From Collinsella sp. (GTDB lineage Bacteria; Actinomycetota; Coriobacteriia; Coriobacteriales; Coriobacteriaceae): a DNA stretch of 64,000 nt. The stretch lies in assembly GCA_036312985.1 (NCBI GenBank), contig JAXJMV010000030.1, forward strand, positions 15,456 to 79,455. Reading direction: 5' to 3'. Of this stretch, positions 37,605 to 47,727 are shown in pieces (position 1 is the stretch's first letter; every line of letters begins with the position of its first letter). The notes beneath the pieces are model-generated. The model was not told where the DNA came from and did not search any database. It was given only the letters and a program-made list of their open reading frames with translations. The position numbers were made by a program, and so were the translations under genes.

Positions 37605-38033
37605 ATGGTGACGCTCGAGATATTGAGCTATCTATCGACTGCTCCGGACCAGTTCATCGATATTACCGAGGACGTGCACGCTGCCATCGAACGCAGCTCG
37701 GTGACCAATGGCTTGGCAGCGATTATTTTGTCGCATACGACCTGTGGAATCGTGGTAAACGAGGGGCTGCCCTGCGTGGAGACGGATCTTATGGAGACGC
37801 TTGATCGCATCGCCCCACTCGATGCCCCCTATGCGCATGCACACTTCCTGCCGAGCTATGGAGCCACCGGCAACAACTCCTGTGGGCATATCAAGAGCAT
37901 GATTTGTGGAAACAGTTGCTTCTTTCCCGTTCAAGATGGCCACATCGTGTGCGGAGGTGCCCAGAACATCTATCTTGCGGAGTTTGACGGTCCGCAGAAG
38001 CGAAAAGTGTACATCGAGGTGCTGGGGGAGTAA
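37605..38033 (+). CDS. YjbQ/UPF0047 family protein
   Basis: FIDITE, HTTCGIVVNE, GHIKS, QNIYLAEFDGPQKR. Confidence 0.88.
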   Translation: MVTLEILSYLSTAPDQFIDITEDVHAAIERSSVTNGLAAIILSHTTCGIVVNEGLPCVETDLMETLDRIAPLDAPYAHAHFLPSYGATGNNSCGHIKSMICGNSCFFPVQDGHIVCGGAQNIYLAEFDGPQKRKVYIEVLGE

Positions 38034-38066
38034 CGTCCCTGCAATAACCCTATGAAGGAGCACATT

Positions 38067-38876
38067 ATGTCGTTTCTAACTTCGATGTTCAAGACCGAAA
38101 AGCCGGTTATCGGAATGCTGCACCTGCGTCCTCTGCCGGGCGATCCACTGTACTACCCGGGCGGAAGCGTGTCACAGGTCGTGGAAGCCGCCAAGCGCGA
38201 TCTCGAGGCGTTGCAGCAGGGCGGTGTCGATGGCATTTTGATTACCAATGAGCTCTCGATGCCCTATGAGCAGCACGTTTCTCCCTCAACCCTTGCATCG
38301 ATGGGCTATGTAATCGGGGCTCTGTCCCATGATCTGTCGACTCCTTGGGGAGCTGAGGCTATTTACGATGGTGATGCCACAATCGAGCTGTGCGCTGCCG
38401 TCGATGCGCAGTTCACGCGCTGTAATTTTTGCGGTGCCTGGGCCGGTGATCTCGGGCTGATTAACCGAGATTTCGCGCACACCATGCGTCGCAAGGCGGC
38501 GCTGCGCTTGGACGACCTCAAGCTTTTTCACTTCATCACGAGCGAGGGAGAGGTTTATCTCAACGACCGCACGACTGCGGACATTGCCGATTCGCTTCTC
38601 TTTAATTGCCTACCGGATGCGATGGTCATCGGCGGTTCGGCTGCCGGTCGTGGCGCTTCGGGCGAGCTTGCCGATGAGGTCCGTGAGCGTGTTGGCGAAG
38701 TGCCCGTGGTATGTGGCACCGGTTGTCGTGAAAATACCGTGGCTGACGTATTTGCTCACTACGATGGCGCGTTTGTCGGCACCTGCTTAAAGCGCGACGG
38801 AAAGCTGGATGCCCCGGTTGATGTTGAGCGGGTAGCTCGTTTTATGGCTGCCGCCCGTACGGCGCGAGGGGAGTAG
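38067..38876 (+). CDS. BtpA/SgcQ family TIM-barrel protein
   Basis: KPVIGMLHLRPLPGDP, GGVDGILITNE, DGAFVGT. Confidence 0.88.
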   Translation: MSFLTSMFKTEKPVIGMLHLRPLPGDPLYYPGGSVSQVVEAAKRDLEALQQGGVDGILITNELSMPYEQHVSPSTLASMGYVIGALSHDLSTPWGAEAIYDGDATIELCAAVDAQFTRCNFCGAWAGDLGLINRDFAHTMRRKAALRLDDLKLFHFITSEGEVYLNDRTTADIADSLLFNCLPDAMVIGGSAAGRGASGELADEVRERVGEVPVVCGTGCRENTVADVFAHYDGAFVGTCLKRDGKLDAPVDVERVARFMAAARTARGE

Positions 38877-38882
38877 GCACCT

Positions 38883-40400
38883 ATGGCGCTCTATCTGGGT
38901 ATTGATATTGGGACAAGCGCCTCTAAAGGCGTTTTAATCGATGATCGATGCAACATCGTTTGCCAAGCCTCTTGTGGACATGAGACGGACAACCCGTGTG
39001 ACGGATGGTACCAGCATGATGCCGAGGCCGTTTGGTGGGGCGATTTTTGCCGCTTGTCGCGCGAGCTGGTGGCGCGATCGGGGGTTAACGCGGCACAGAT
39101 CGGATGCGTGGGCCTTTCCGCATTGGGCTGCGACTGTGTGCCGGTCGATACCGAGTGCAACGCGCTGGCGCCCGCGATTTTGTATGGAGTCGATGCACGT
39201 TCGAAACCGCAGATTGACGAGCTTCTTTCCGAATATGGGTCAGATCGCGCACGCGAGCTTTTCGGGCACGATCCCTGTTCGTCAGATATTGCTCCCAAGA
39301 TCTTGTGGTTTAAGGAGAATATGCCCGAGGTGCACGAACGTGCCGCGAAGTTCCTGACGGCGTCATCGTTTCTGTGCGTAAAGTTGACGGGGCGTTTTAC
39401 GGTGGACCGTTATTTGGCGGAGGATTTTCTTCCCCTATACGACCGCTTCACTTGGAAGGTTGATGCTCGGGAATGTGCTCGTTTCTGCCGGCCTGACCAG
39501 ATGGCGGAGGTAATGTCGGCTACCGATATTGCCGGGGTGATTACTCAGCGTGCGGCTGAGGCGACGGGGCTCGCGGCAGGGACACCTGTCTTAGTGGGAA
39601 CGGGCGACTCTGGTGCCGAGGCCATTTCGACGGGTGTATTTCGTCCCGGCGATATGATGGTTCAGTTGGGGAGTACGGCGTATTTCATCTATCTAGCTGA
39701 TCATATGGTCGATGATGCCCGCCTGTGGCCGGGGACGTTTATCATTCCCGGAACTTACGGGATCTGCGCGGGGACCAATACGGCGGGTGCGCTCACATCG
39801 TGGCTGCGCCAAGAGCTGTATTGCGACGCCGTGGAGGCCGAGGGCCACGGTGGCCCCGATGCATATTCGGTTATGGCGCATGATGCCGCCGGTGTGGCGC
39901 CGGGTGCCGATGGGCTCCTGTGTCTGCCGTACTTTGCGGGGGAGCGCACTCCGCTCAACGATCCCGAGGCGCGTGGCGTCTTCTTTGGCCTGACCGGAAG
40001 GCATACACGAGCCCATATGGTTCGCGCCGCCTTGGAAGGCGTCGCGTATACCGTTGCATCCCATGTCGACATTATCGAGCGAGAGCATGAACTGCCAATT
40101 GGGCGCATTATGCTTGTCGGAGGTGGAACCAAGAATCCAGTTTGGATGCAGGCTATCGCCGACGTATGCGGGCGCGAGGTCTCGGTTGCCAAGGTTACGG
40201 TGGGCGCATGCTTCGGTGATGCCATCATGGCAGCTCTCGCAGGTGGCGCCTATGCATCATGGGATGAGCTCGCCCAAGTCCTTGGCGTTGCGCAAACAAT
40301 CGTGCCTGATATGACTGCCCACGAGTTATATGCGTCGCGCCGTCATATCTTTGACGAATTGTATGCACGCAACCGTGATCTCATGCACGAATTGGTGTAA
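38883..40400 (+). CDS. FGGY-family carbohydrate kinase
   Basis: LGIDIGTS, GTGDSGAE, LPYFAGERTP, RAALEGV, VGGG. Confidence 0.92.
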   Translation: MALYLGIDIGTSASKGVLIDDRCNIVCQASCGHETDNPCDGWYQHDAEAVWWGDFCRLSRELVARSGVNAAQIGCVGLSALGCDCVPVDTECNALAPAILYGVDARSKPQIDELLSEYGSDRARELFGHDPCSSDIAPKILWFKENMPEVHERAAKFLTASSFLCVKLTGRFTVDRYLAEDFLPLYDRFTWKVDARECARFCRPDQMAEVMSATDIAGVITQRAAEATGLAAGTPVLVGTGDSGAEAISTGVFRPGDMMVQLGSTAYFIYLADHMVDDARLWPGTFIIPGTYGICAGTNTAGALTSWLRQELYCDAVEAEGHGGPDAYSVMAHDAAGVAPGADGLLCLPYFAGERTPLNDPEARGVFFGLTGRHTRAHMVRAALEGVAYTVASHVDIIEREHELPIGRIMLVGGGTKNPVWMQAIADVCGREVSVAKVTVGACFGDAIMAALAGGAYASWDELAQVLGVAQTIVPDMTAHELYASRRHIFDELYARNRDLMHELV

Positions 40401-40481
40401 TGCTGCCGAATTGTACTGTCTTCCAAAATAGGGACTGCGTTGTGCGATTTGCATGCCCCTTGGCATTTTTGCCCACAGGGG

Positions 40482-41264
40482 TTAGCGAAGGTCAAAAACA
40501 GAGTGCGCATTTGTTAAAACTGCCGACTCGATGCGCTTTGCGTCACAATTTTTGAGCGAGGCGATGCGCATCGAGGTCCTTGTGAGCGATTTGATGAGCG
40601 ACTGCGCGCTTGTTTCTGTGTTTGCCTCCGCTGGTGCATCGGTCTCGAGCAGTAAACGATCGAGTGGAATCTGTCGTGCGTATTCGCGTCCTCGTTTAGA
40701 CACGAGCATGCGTTCGTTGACGGAAAAATAACAGCCCGCATCACGCGCGCGGACGAGTTCGTCCGAAGTGCCGCTAAACCAGTGGAAGATGATAACGGGG
40801 GAGTCGGGGTTTGGGATGAGTAGTCCATGCGATTCGAGGACGTCCAGTACGGCTCCTGCCGAACGAACGGCGTGAATTGATATCACGCGCCCGGTAAGAG
40901 GATGCTGCACGAGCGTATCGCAGAGCCGGTCAAATGCCTGTATTTGTAGCGGCTCACTTCCGGCAAAGCGTGCGGAAAAGTCGAGTCCCACCTCGCCGAT
41001 GTAGCGCTCTTGGGCAGCAACTTCGCAAAGCAGATCGACTTCTGCAGGACCGCAGCGGCCGTCGGCGAGCCACCAGGGGTGGAGCCCAACGCCAGCGATG
41101 ATGCCTGGTAGGCGACGGGCGCGCTCGTTTGCGGCCGAAAAGTCGCGTGGGTCGACCCCGCAGTCAAAGAGCCCCAGGCCCAACGCCGCCGACTCACTGG
41201 CTGCAGCATCGGGGCCGAGCATCAAATCAAGATGACAATGCGTGTCAAAGAATTGCGGTTCCAT
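40482..41264 (-). CDS. tatD: TatD family hydrolase
   Basis: DTHCH, GLHPW, IGEVGLD, HWFSG, LLLETDAP. Confidence 0.9.
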   Translation of the reverse strand: MEPQFFDTHCHLDLMLGPDAAASESAALGLGLFDCGVDPRDFSAANERARRLPGIIAGVGLHPWWLADGRCGPAEVDLLCEVAAQERYIGEVGLDFSARFAGSEPLQIQAFDRLCDTLVQHPLTGRVISIHAVRSAGAVLDVLESHGLLIPNPDSPVIIFHWFSGTSDELVRARDAGCYFSVNERMLVSKRGREYARQIPLDRLLLETDAPAEANTETSAQSLIKSLTRTSMRIASLKNCDAKRIESAVLTNAHSVFDLR

Positions 41265-41278
41265 CGCAGGACATCCTG

Positions 41279-42076
41279 CTAGTCCAGGCGTTGGCCGTCG
41301 GCGCGTACGCGCTCGGTGCCGCGCCCGCTGATCTGGCGGATAACCTCGCCGGCAATCATCTGGCCCATGATGGGCGGCATAAAACTGGCGGTGCCCAACT
41401 CGGTGCGCTCGTGGATATTGGAAGGGTCGCGGGGCTGTGTCTTAACCGATTCCTCGCAGCTAAACAGTACATGCAGGCTCTTGATGCCGCGCTTCTTACA
41501 TTCTTTGCGCATGATGCGGCTCATGGGGTCACGTACCGTATCGAAAATGTCGGCAAAGCGGAGGCACTCGGGATGGAGCTTGTTGGCCCCGCCCATGGAG
41601 CTAACCAAACGAATATCGTGGACCTGAGCATATTTGGCAATGGTGAGCTTGGCCGAGATGGTGTCGATGGCGTCGACGACGTAGTCGAGCTTGCCGTCCG
41701 TCTGCTCCAAAACGCTCGCGAAGAAATCATCGATGTTGTCGCTCAGCAGGTATTCGGTGCGCTTGATGACGGTAGCGGTAGGGTTGATGTCGTGAATCAT
41801 AGCCTCCATGACGTCGACTTTGCGCTTGCCGACGGTGCTGTGAAAGGCGATGGCCTGGCGATTGATATTGCTGGGCGCGATGATGTCCTTATCCAGAATG
41901 ACGAAATGACCGATGCCGCCGCGGGCGAGTGCCTCGCAGCAGTTGGAGCCCACGCCTCCGCAGCCGAGCACTAGCACCGTAGCATCGGCGAGCTTATCGA
42001 GTGCCTCGCGGCCCATGATAATCTCGAGCTTGGTGTCGCGTGCCTCGATGGCGGCTGCGGCAGCGGTTTCGGTCAT
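41279..42076 (-). CDS. tcdA: tRNA threonylcarbamoyladenosine dehydratase (ThiF family)
   Basis: GCGGVG, SNINRQ, VDAID, SSMGGANK, GTASFMP. Confidence 0.88.
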   Translation of the reverse strand: MTETAAAAAIEARDTKLEIIMGREALDKLADATVLVLGCGGVGSNCCEALARGGIGHFVILDKDIIAPSNINRQAIAFHSTVGKRKVDVMEAMIHDINPTATVIKRTEYLLSDNIDDFFASVLEQTDGKLDYVVDAIDTISAKLTIAKYAQVHDIRLVSSMGGANKLHPECLRFADIFDTVRDPMSRIMRKECKKRGIKSLHVLFSCEESVKTQPRDPSNIHERTELGTASFMPPIMGQMIAGEVIRQISGRGTERVRADGQRLD

Positions 42077-42186
42077 AAATATCCTCCGATGGGGAAGCAG
42101 GTCGTGTTTTATCTATCGCCATTATAGGTAATCGCCCATAGGTTGCGATGGCGTTTGCTTTGATGTGGTTTGAAGCATTGCGATTA

Positions 42187-42212
42187 GATAGTTAGACAAA
42201 CATCTAAATATC
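42187..42212. promoter_or_regulatory. Candidate SdpR/ArsR operator
   Basis: GATAGTTAGA-CAAACA-TCTAAATATC imperfect palindrome upstream of sdpR. Confidence 0.55.
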
Positions 42213-42254
42213 GAGTATAGTGCCGCGTCATGAGAGATGATGAGAGGAGGTCTT

Positions 42255-42533
42255 ATGCCGGGAGAGGGTTTTAAGGCGCTTGCCGATCCAACGCGACGGC
42301 GCATTTTGGAGTTGCTGCGCGAGGGCAATTGCACGGCGGGGGAGCTTGCCGAGCATTTCGATATCAGTAAGCCGTCGCTAAGCCATCACTTGGCGACGCT
42401 CAAAAATGCCGGGTTGGTGACCGACGAGCGCCATGACCAAAACATCGTATACAGCTTAAACACCACCGTCATGCAGGATTTAATTGGCTGGTTTATGGGC
42501 TTTACAAACACTGAAGGTGATAAGGATGAATAA
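42255..42533 (+). CDS. sdpR: SdpR-like ArsR family autorepressor
   Basis: FKALADPTRRRIL, ISKPSLSHHL, YSLNTTV; GGAGG RBS. Confidence 0.88.
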   Translation: MPGEGFKALADPTRRRILELLREGNCTAGELAEHFDISKPSLSHHLATLKNAGLVTDERHDQNIVYSLNTTVMQDLIGWFMGFTNTEGDKDE

Positions 42534-43230
42534 CGAAAACAAGGGCATTCACCCCACGGGGGTATCGTCGCGCGTGTGGATTGCGCTGGTCGCTCTGTGC
42601 GCCGCCAATGTCGTAGCGCACCTCATGGTGATGCCGAGCCTGCCTGCATAGATTCCCACGCACTGGGGCGCGAACGGCGCCGTCGACGGTTGGGGTCCTA
42701 GTTGGATGGCCTCCGCGCTCGGCGTGCTGCCTCTGGCGCTTCTCGCAATGTTCTGCATGGTGCCGCGCATCGACCCCAAAGGTGAGGCATATCGAACCTC
42801 GGGCAAGTTCTACCAGGGCTTCGTAATCGCCTTCACCTTGTTCATGTGCGCCATAAGCTGGCTGGGAGAGCTTACGGTCTGGGGCGTAGTGCCGGCGGTC
42901 GGTTCGGTTAACGTGCTGATTTCCGGTGTTGTCGGTTTGCTGTTCATCGGCGTAGGCAACTACTTGCCGCGTGTGAAGCAGAACTATACGCTCGGTATCA
43001 AGACACCCTGGGCGCTTGCCGATCCCGAGAACTGGCGCCGTACGCAGCGTTTTGGCGGCGTCTGCTTTATGGTGCTGGGTATTGGCCTGATTGTGATGGG
43101 CGTGGCAGGCAGCGTGCTTTCGAGTGAAGTCGTCGCCGCGGTGATTGCGGCTCTGGCGTTTGGTTCGGTTGGAGCCGTTTACGTCTACTCGTATCTGTTG
43201 TGGCGCAAATCGCAGCGAGCCGCTCGTTAA
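42526..43230 (+). pseudogene. sdpI: SdpI-family immunity membrane protein with in-frame TAG at codon 42
   Basis: ATG at 42526 overlaps the sdpR stop; reads SLPA*IPTHWGANGAVDGW; GNYLPRVKQNYTLGIKTPWAL..NWRRT. Confidence 0.85.
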
Positions 43231-43294
43231 GGTTGCGGAAAACTAGCGTACGCAGTTCATAGTATGTTCCGGGGGACTTTTCCCAGGTAGTATT

Positions 43295-43323
43295 AGGGGG
43301 TGTGGGCAACCATGCCCCTTTTT
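43295..43323 (+). terminator. Intrinsic terminator after sdpI
   Basis: AGGGGGTGTGG-GCAA-CCATGCCCCT followed by TTTT. Confidence 0.55.
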
Positions 43324-43414
43324 CGTTACGTTTCAGAGCTGGTTCCCTCATTTCGTTTCCACTAAAGCGAATCAAGAATAGGGAAACAGCAGGTAGAAAG
43401 GATAGAACAGGCAA

Positions 43415-45094
43415 ATGGCAGAGTTTATCTACCAGATGTATCAGGCTCGCAAGGCCCATGGCGACAAGGTGATCCTTGACGACGTGACCCTGAGCTTCTA
43501 CCCCGGTGCCAAGATCGGCGTCGTGGGCCCCAACGGTATGGGCAAGTCGACCCTGCTCAAGATCATGGCCGGCATCGAGGAGGTCTCCAACGGCGATGCC
43601 AGGCTCACTCCCGGCTACACCGTGGGCATCCTGCAGCAGGAGCCGCCGCTCGACGATGACAAGACCGTCATCGAGAACGTGCGCATGGCGTTTGGCGACA
43701 TGATTGCCAAGGTCGATCGCTTCAACAAGATCGGTGAGGAGATGTGCGACCCGGATTGCGACATGGACGCCCTCATGGCCGAGATGGGCAAGCTCCAGGA
43801 CGAGATCGACGCCGCCGACGGCTGGGATATCGATTCCAAGCTCGGCCAGGCCATGGACGCCCTGCAGCTGCCCGATTCCGACATGCCGGTCAACGTGCTT
43901 TCCGGCGGCGAGCGCCGTCGCGTGGCCCTGTGCAAGCTGCTGCTCGAGGCTCCCGACCTGCTGCTGCTCGACGAGCCCACGAACCACCTGGACGCCGAAT
44001 CGATCCTGTGGCTCGAGCACTTCCTGCACAACTACCAGGGCGCGGTGCTTGCCGTCACGCACGATCGCTACTTCCTGGATAACGTTGCCGAGTGGATCTG
44101 CGAGGTAGACCGCGGTCACCTTTATCCCTACAAGGGCAACTACTCCACGTATCTGGAGACCAAGGCCGCCCGTATCGAGGCGCAGGGCAACCGCGACGCC
44201 AAGCTCGCCAAGCGCATGGAGGCCGAGCTCGAGTGGGTACGCAGCTCGCCCAAGGCTCGCCAGGCCAAGAACAAGGCCCGTCTGGCTCGTTACGAGGAGA
44301 TGGAGGCCGAGGCCCGCGCAAGCCAGAAGCTCGACTGGACCGACATCCGCATCCCCGTGGGCCCGCGTCTGGGCAACAAGGTGCTCGAGGCTCATCACCT
44401 GCACAAGGAGTTCGATGGCCGTGTGCTCATCGACGACCTATCGTTCACCCTGCCGCGCAACGGTATCGTGGGTGTCATCGGCCCCAACGGTGTGGGCAAA
44501 ACCACGCTGTTCAAGACCATCGTGGGCCTGGAGCCGCTGACTTCGGGCGAGCTCGAGGTGGGCGAGACCGTCAAGATCTCCTATGTCGATCAGAACCGTT
44601 CCGGCATCGACCCCGATAAGAACCTGTGGGAGGTCGTCTCGGATGGCCTGGACCACATGATGGTCGGTGAGACCGAGGTTCCGAGCCGTGCTTATGTGGC
44701 GAGCTTTGGCTTTAAAGGCCAGGACCAGCAGAAGCGCGCCGGCGTACTCTCCGGTGGCGAGCGCAACCGTCTGAACTTGGCGCTTACGCTCAAGCAGGGC
44801 GGCAACCTGCTGCTTCTCGACGAGCCCACGAATGACCTCGACGTCGAGACGCTGTCCTCGCTCGAAGCGGCGCTGCTCGAGTTCCCGGGCTGCTCGGTGG
44901 TCATTAGCCACGACCGTATGTTCCTGGACCGCGTCGCCACGCACATTCTAGCGTGGGAGGGCACCGACGAGAATCCGGGCAACTGGTATTGGTTTGAGGG
45001 CAACTTCGAGGCCTATCAGGCCAACCGCATCGAGCGCCTTGGCGAGGACGCAGCCCAGCCGCATCGTATCCACCGCAAGCTCACGCGCGATTAG
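43415..45094 (+). CDS. ettA: Energy-dependent translational throttle protein (ABC-F)
   Basis: Two ABC domains; SFYPGAKIGVVGPNG, ELEWVRSSPKARQAK, LSGGERNRL, WFEGNF. Confidence 0.95.
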   Translation: MAEFIYQMYQARKAHGDKVILDDVTLSFYPGAKIGVVGPNGMGKSTLLKIMAGIEEVSNGDARLTPGYTVGILQQEPPLDDDKTVIENVRMAFGDMIAKVDRFNKIGEEMCDPDCDMDALMAEMGKLQDEIDAADGWDIDSKLGQAMDALQLPDSDMPVNVLSGGERRRVALCKLLLEAPDLLLLDEPTNHLDAESILWLEHFLHNYQGAVLAVTHDRYFLDNVAEWICEVDRGHLYPYKGNYSTYLETKAARIEAQGNRDAKLAKRMEAELEWVRSSPKARQAKNKARLARYEEMEAEARASQKLDWTDIRIPVGPRLGNKVLEAHHLHKEFDGRVLIDDLSFTLPRNGIVGVIGPNGVGKTTLFKTIVGLEPLTSGELEVGETVKISYVDQNRSGIDPDKNLWEVVSDGLDHMMVGETEVPSRAYVASFGFKGQDQQKRAGVLSGGERNRLNLALTLKQGGNLLLLDEPTNDLDVETLSSLEAALLEFPGCSVVISHDRMFLDRVATHILAWEGTDENPGNWYWFEGNFEAYQANRIERLGEDAAQPHRIHRKLTRD

Positions 45095-45116
45095 TCGAGC
45101 TCAGGTGACCTAACGA

Positions 45117-45153
45117 GAAAGGGACGATAACCTTGGGGTTATCGTCCCTTTTT
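45117..45153. terminator. Bidirectional intrinsic terminator
   Basis: AAAGGGACGATAACC-TTGG-GGTTATCGTCCCTTTTT. Confidence 0.85.
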
Positions 45154-45154
45154 G

Positions 45155-46462
45155 TTACTTGGTAGAAGGCTCGACTTTATCGATGGCCCAGGTGGATCCG
45201 AGGCCACCGGTGGTATTGCGGCGGATGCGCACGGCAACCTCGCGGCGCTCGCCGGCCTGCGTGTAGCGCAGGGGGAAGCTTGCGCGGTTTCGCGCGGCCT
45301 CGATGGTACCGCGCTCGCGGGCGATCCAGTAGTACTCGCCGACAATGCCGAGGGTATCGGCGCCGTAGGGGAGATAGGTCGACAGCTGGTGCAGAAGCGG
45401 GCCGGGGCAGAAGACCTCGGTTGCGAAATCGACGGGGAAGTCCTCGGGGATGGCGGGCGCTACGGGTGCGGGGGTTGGGGCCTCTGCGAGTACCGAAGCC
45501 GGTGCCGGTGCGGGAATTTGGTCGCAAGCAGAGGCGGGCACGGATTCGATGACGGGTGCGAACTCCAGCGTCGTCTTCGGCTTGATTGTGGAATCTGCGG
45601 GCTTCACGGTGACGGGCGCGTCTGCAGCTTCAGTTTCAACCTCAACCTGCGTCGCGCTCTCATTCTCGACGCTCGACTTTGCCTCGATGGGCGTGGATGC
45701 CATGGTGGTGATGCCGGCATTGGCATTCTCGGGGTCATAGACGACCGTGAGCGAGATGGCGGGCTGCGGCGTCTCGGGTTCCGGCGCCGACTCGGTAGCG
45801 TCTTGATCTGTGGGCTCGTCGGACTGATCGTCCTCGGCCTCGTCGCCAAAGACATCGCTGTTTTGGAACGCAGGCGGCTCGGGTTGGTCAGCGGCTTCTT
45901 CGGTTGTCGACTTGGGCGCTTCGTTGAGCTCCACAGTGGCTTCCTGCTCGGATATGACTTTGGGATCGGTCGTGGCGGCGATTTCGGTTTCGGCTTCTGC
46001 CGTTACCTCAATAGCGACTTCGATCTCTGTCTCGGGCTCGGGTTCCGGCGCGGCTTCAACCATGGCTTCGGGCTCGGGACGCTTAACGTGCTTGGGGCGC
46101 ACGGCCTTGAGGTCCTTCTCACCGCGCTTTTTCTTTTTGTAGGACTGCTTGGCGCCCTTGGCGGTCTTGGGCTTGTCCTCGCCCTTGGCAAGCGCAGCAT
46201 CCCAGGCCTCGTTGGCGATGACCGTGGCATACAGGCGGCCGCCTTTAAAGACGGTCAGCTTAATGCAGTCGTCGAGTTCCTCGAGCAACTCGCGCGTGGA
46301 CTCGAAGCCCAGGTCATAAGCGGTCATGTCGCCAGCGGCGAGCGCCTCCTCGACCTGCGTCATAAACGTTTGCTTGCCACATCCAATCGCATCGCGCAGC
46401 AGGCGATACAGATAGATGTGGTTGCCCAGCGAAAGCGTGGGCCTAATTATTGTCTTGCTCAT
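45155..46462 (-). CDS. Hypothetical protein: globular ends joined by a long acidic Pro/Ala/Glu linker
   Basis: GAGGAG RBS before MSKTII; N-terminal DLGFESTRELLEEL resembles LOTUS/OST-HTH. Confidence 0.75.
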   Translation of the reverse strand: MSKTIIRPTLSLGNHIYLYRLLRDAIGCGKQTFMTQVEEALAAGDMTAYDLGFESTRELLEELDDCIKLTVFKGGRLYATVIANEAWDAALAKGEDKPKTAKGAKQSYKKKKRGEKDLKAVRPKHVKRPEPEAMVEAAPEPEPETEIEVAIEVTAEAETEIAATTDPKVISEQEATVELNEAPKSTTEEAADQPEPPAFQNSDVFGDEAEDDQSDEPTDQDATESAPEPETPQPAISLTVVYDPENANAGITTMASTPIEAKSSVENESATQVEVETEAADAPVTVKPADSTIKPKTTLEFAPVIESVPASACDQIPAPAPASVLAEAPTPAPVAPAIPEDFPVDFATEVFCPGPLLHQLSTYLPYGADTLGIVGEYYWIARERGTIEAARNRASFPLRYTQAGERREVAVRIRRNTTGGLGSTWAIDKVEPSTK

Positions 46463-46602
46463 GGCAAATCTCCTCTTTACACATGTAAAGCATCTTACCA
46501 TCGCATGGCGTTCGCCATGGCGGCGCCCAAGGCAAACGGGCGCGAACCGCTTTCGATTCGCGCCCGTTGTACAGGTCGGTTATCTATGAGAGGCAAACGT
46601 GC

Positions 46603-47556
46603 TTAGTTGCCCGATGCCGTGCCTTGGCTCGAGTTGTCAGATGCCGTGCCGGAAGCGGTTCCGCTCGAGCTGTTGGTGTTGTTGCTGTCTGCTGTGCCCG
46701 TTCCCGACGTGGTGTCGCTCGTCTGGCCTCCCGTGTTCGGCTGCGAACCGTCAGTCGTTTGGCTTGAGTCGGTCGTGCCGGATTGCGCGCCGCTGTTGTT
46801 CACAGAAGAATCGGCGCCCTGCGATTGGTTTTGGGTATTCGAGGACGAATCGGTAGAGGTGGAACTGTCTTGCGTGCCGTCCGTCTGTGCCTGCTGGTCT
46901 TGCGACTGGGTGTTGCCATTTGCATCGCTCTCGGTCGTGCGCGACGAAAGGATTGGCTCGGGGCGCTCGCCCAGACCCTCACCGGCGGTGGTGATAAGGA
47001 TGGCGCCGGCGCAGGCGATGACCGCGACGATGGCGATGGCGATCGAGAAGACGATGACCTTCTTTTGCGTCTGACTGCGCTCTGCCGCCGCCTTGGCGCG
47101 CAGGCTGTCGGGAGCAACGCGCGCCGTGGTCGCGCGCCCCGCAATCTGGCGCATCTCCTGCGTAGTCGCGGCGCCGCCCAGGTGCTCCTCGGCATTAAAC
47201 TCAACGGGCTCGTAGGCGCCGGCGGGGTAGTCGACGGCGGCGTGCGTACCTTTGATGGCTTCGGCGCTGGCAGAGATAAAGTGGCGGTAGACCTGCGATG
47301 ACACAACGGTGATGACCGAGCTCACGGCGGCGCCAATTACTGAACCAGCGATACCAATCTTGGAGGCAAGTGCGACGCTCGTGGCGGCAGCTGCGGCGCC
47401 GGCGATGATCTGGGGAATGGAAATGTCGTCAAACAGGCCCTTTTTGGGCGCGATGGCCATGGTCTGTCCGATGGAATGGTTCTCGTGCACGCCGTTGTTG
47501 AGCGATGCTGGCGTCATGACGCGCGTGCGCGGCGCGTCGGTGTACTTGGTTGTCAT
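46603..47556 (-). CDS. Membrane protein with Ser/Thr/Gln-rich extracellular tail
   Basis: GGAGG RBS; hydrophobic AGAAAAATS..GSVIGAAV segment, second TM helix, low-complexity tail. Confidence 0.8.
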   Translation of the reverse strand: MTTKYTDAPRTRVMTPASLNNGVHENHSIGQTMAIAPKKGLFDDISIPQIIAGAAAAATSVALASKIGIAGSVIGAAVSSVITVVSSQVYRHFISASAEAIKGTHAAVDYPAGAYEPVEFNAEEHLGGAATTQEMRQIAGRATTARVAPDSLRAKAAAERSQTQKKVIVFSIAIAIVAVIACAGAILITTAGEGLGERPEPILSSRTTESDANGNTQSQDQQAQTDGTQDSSTSTDSSSNTQNQSQGADSSVNNSGAQSGTTDSSQTTDGSQPNTGGQTSDTTSGTGTADSNNTNSSSGTASGTASDNSSQGTASGN

Positions 47557-47727
47557 ACGGGGTCCTCCCGGTGTAAATCTGCTTCGTTTCGTGTAGCCAT
47601 CAGGGTACCCACCAGATGTGAATCGTACGTGACATTTAACAGATACCATCAACTCATCAAGGGGGCTTGCTGTCTTTGGTGCAATAGCTTGATGCTAAAC
47701 TGGATTTACGATTGCGAGGTGGTTTAC

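Noticed and set aside
42649..42651. Pyrrolysine or programmed readthrough of the sdpI TAG
   Set aside because: No pyl genes in the window, and a single CAG-to-TAG change explains it more simply.
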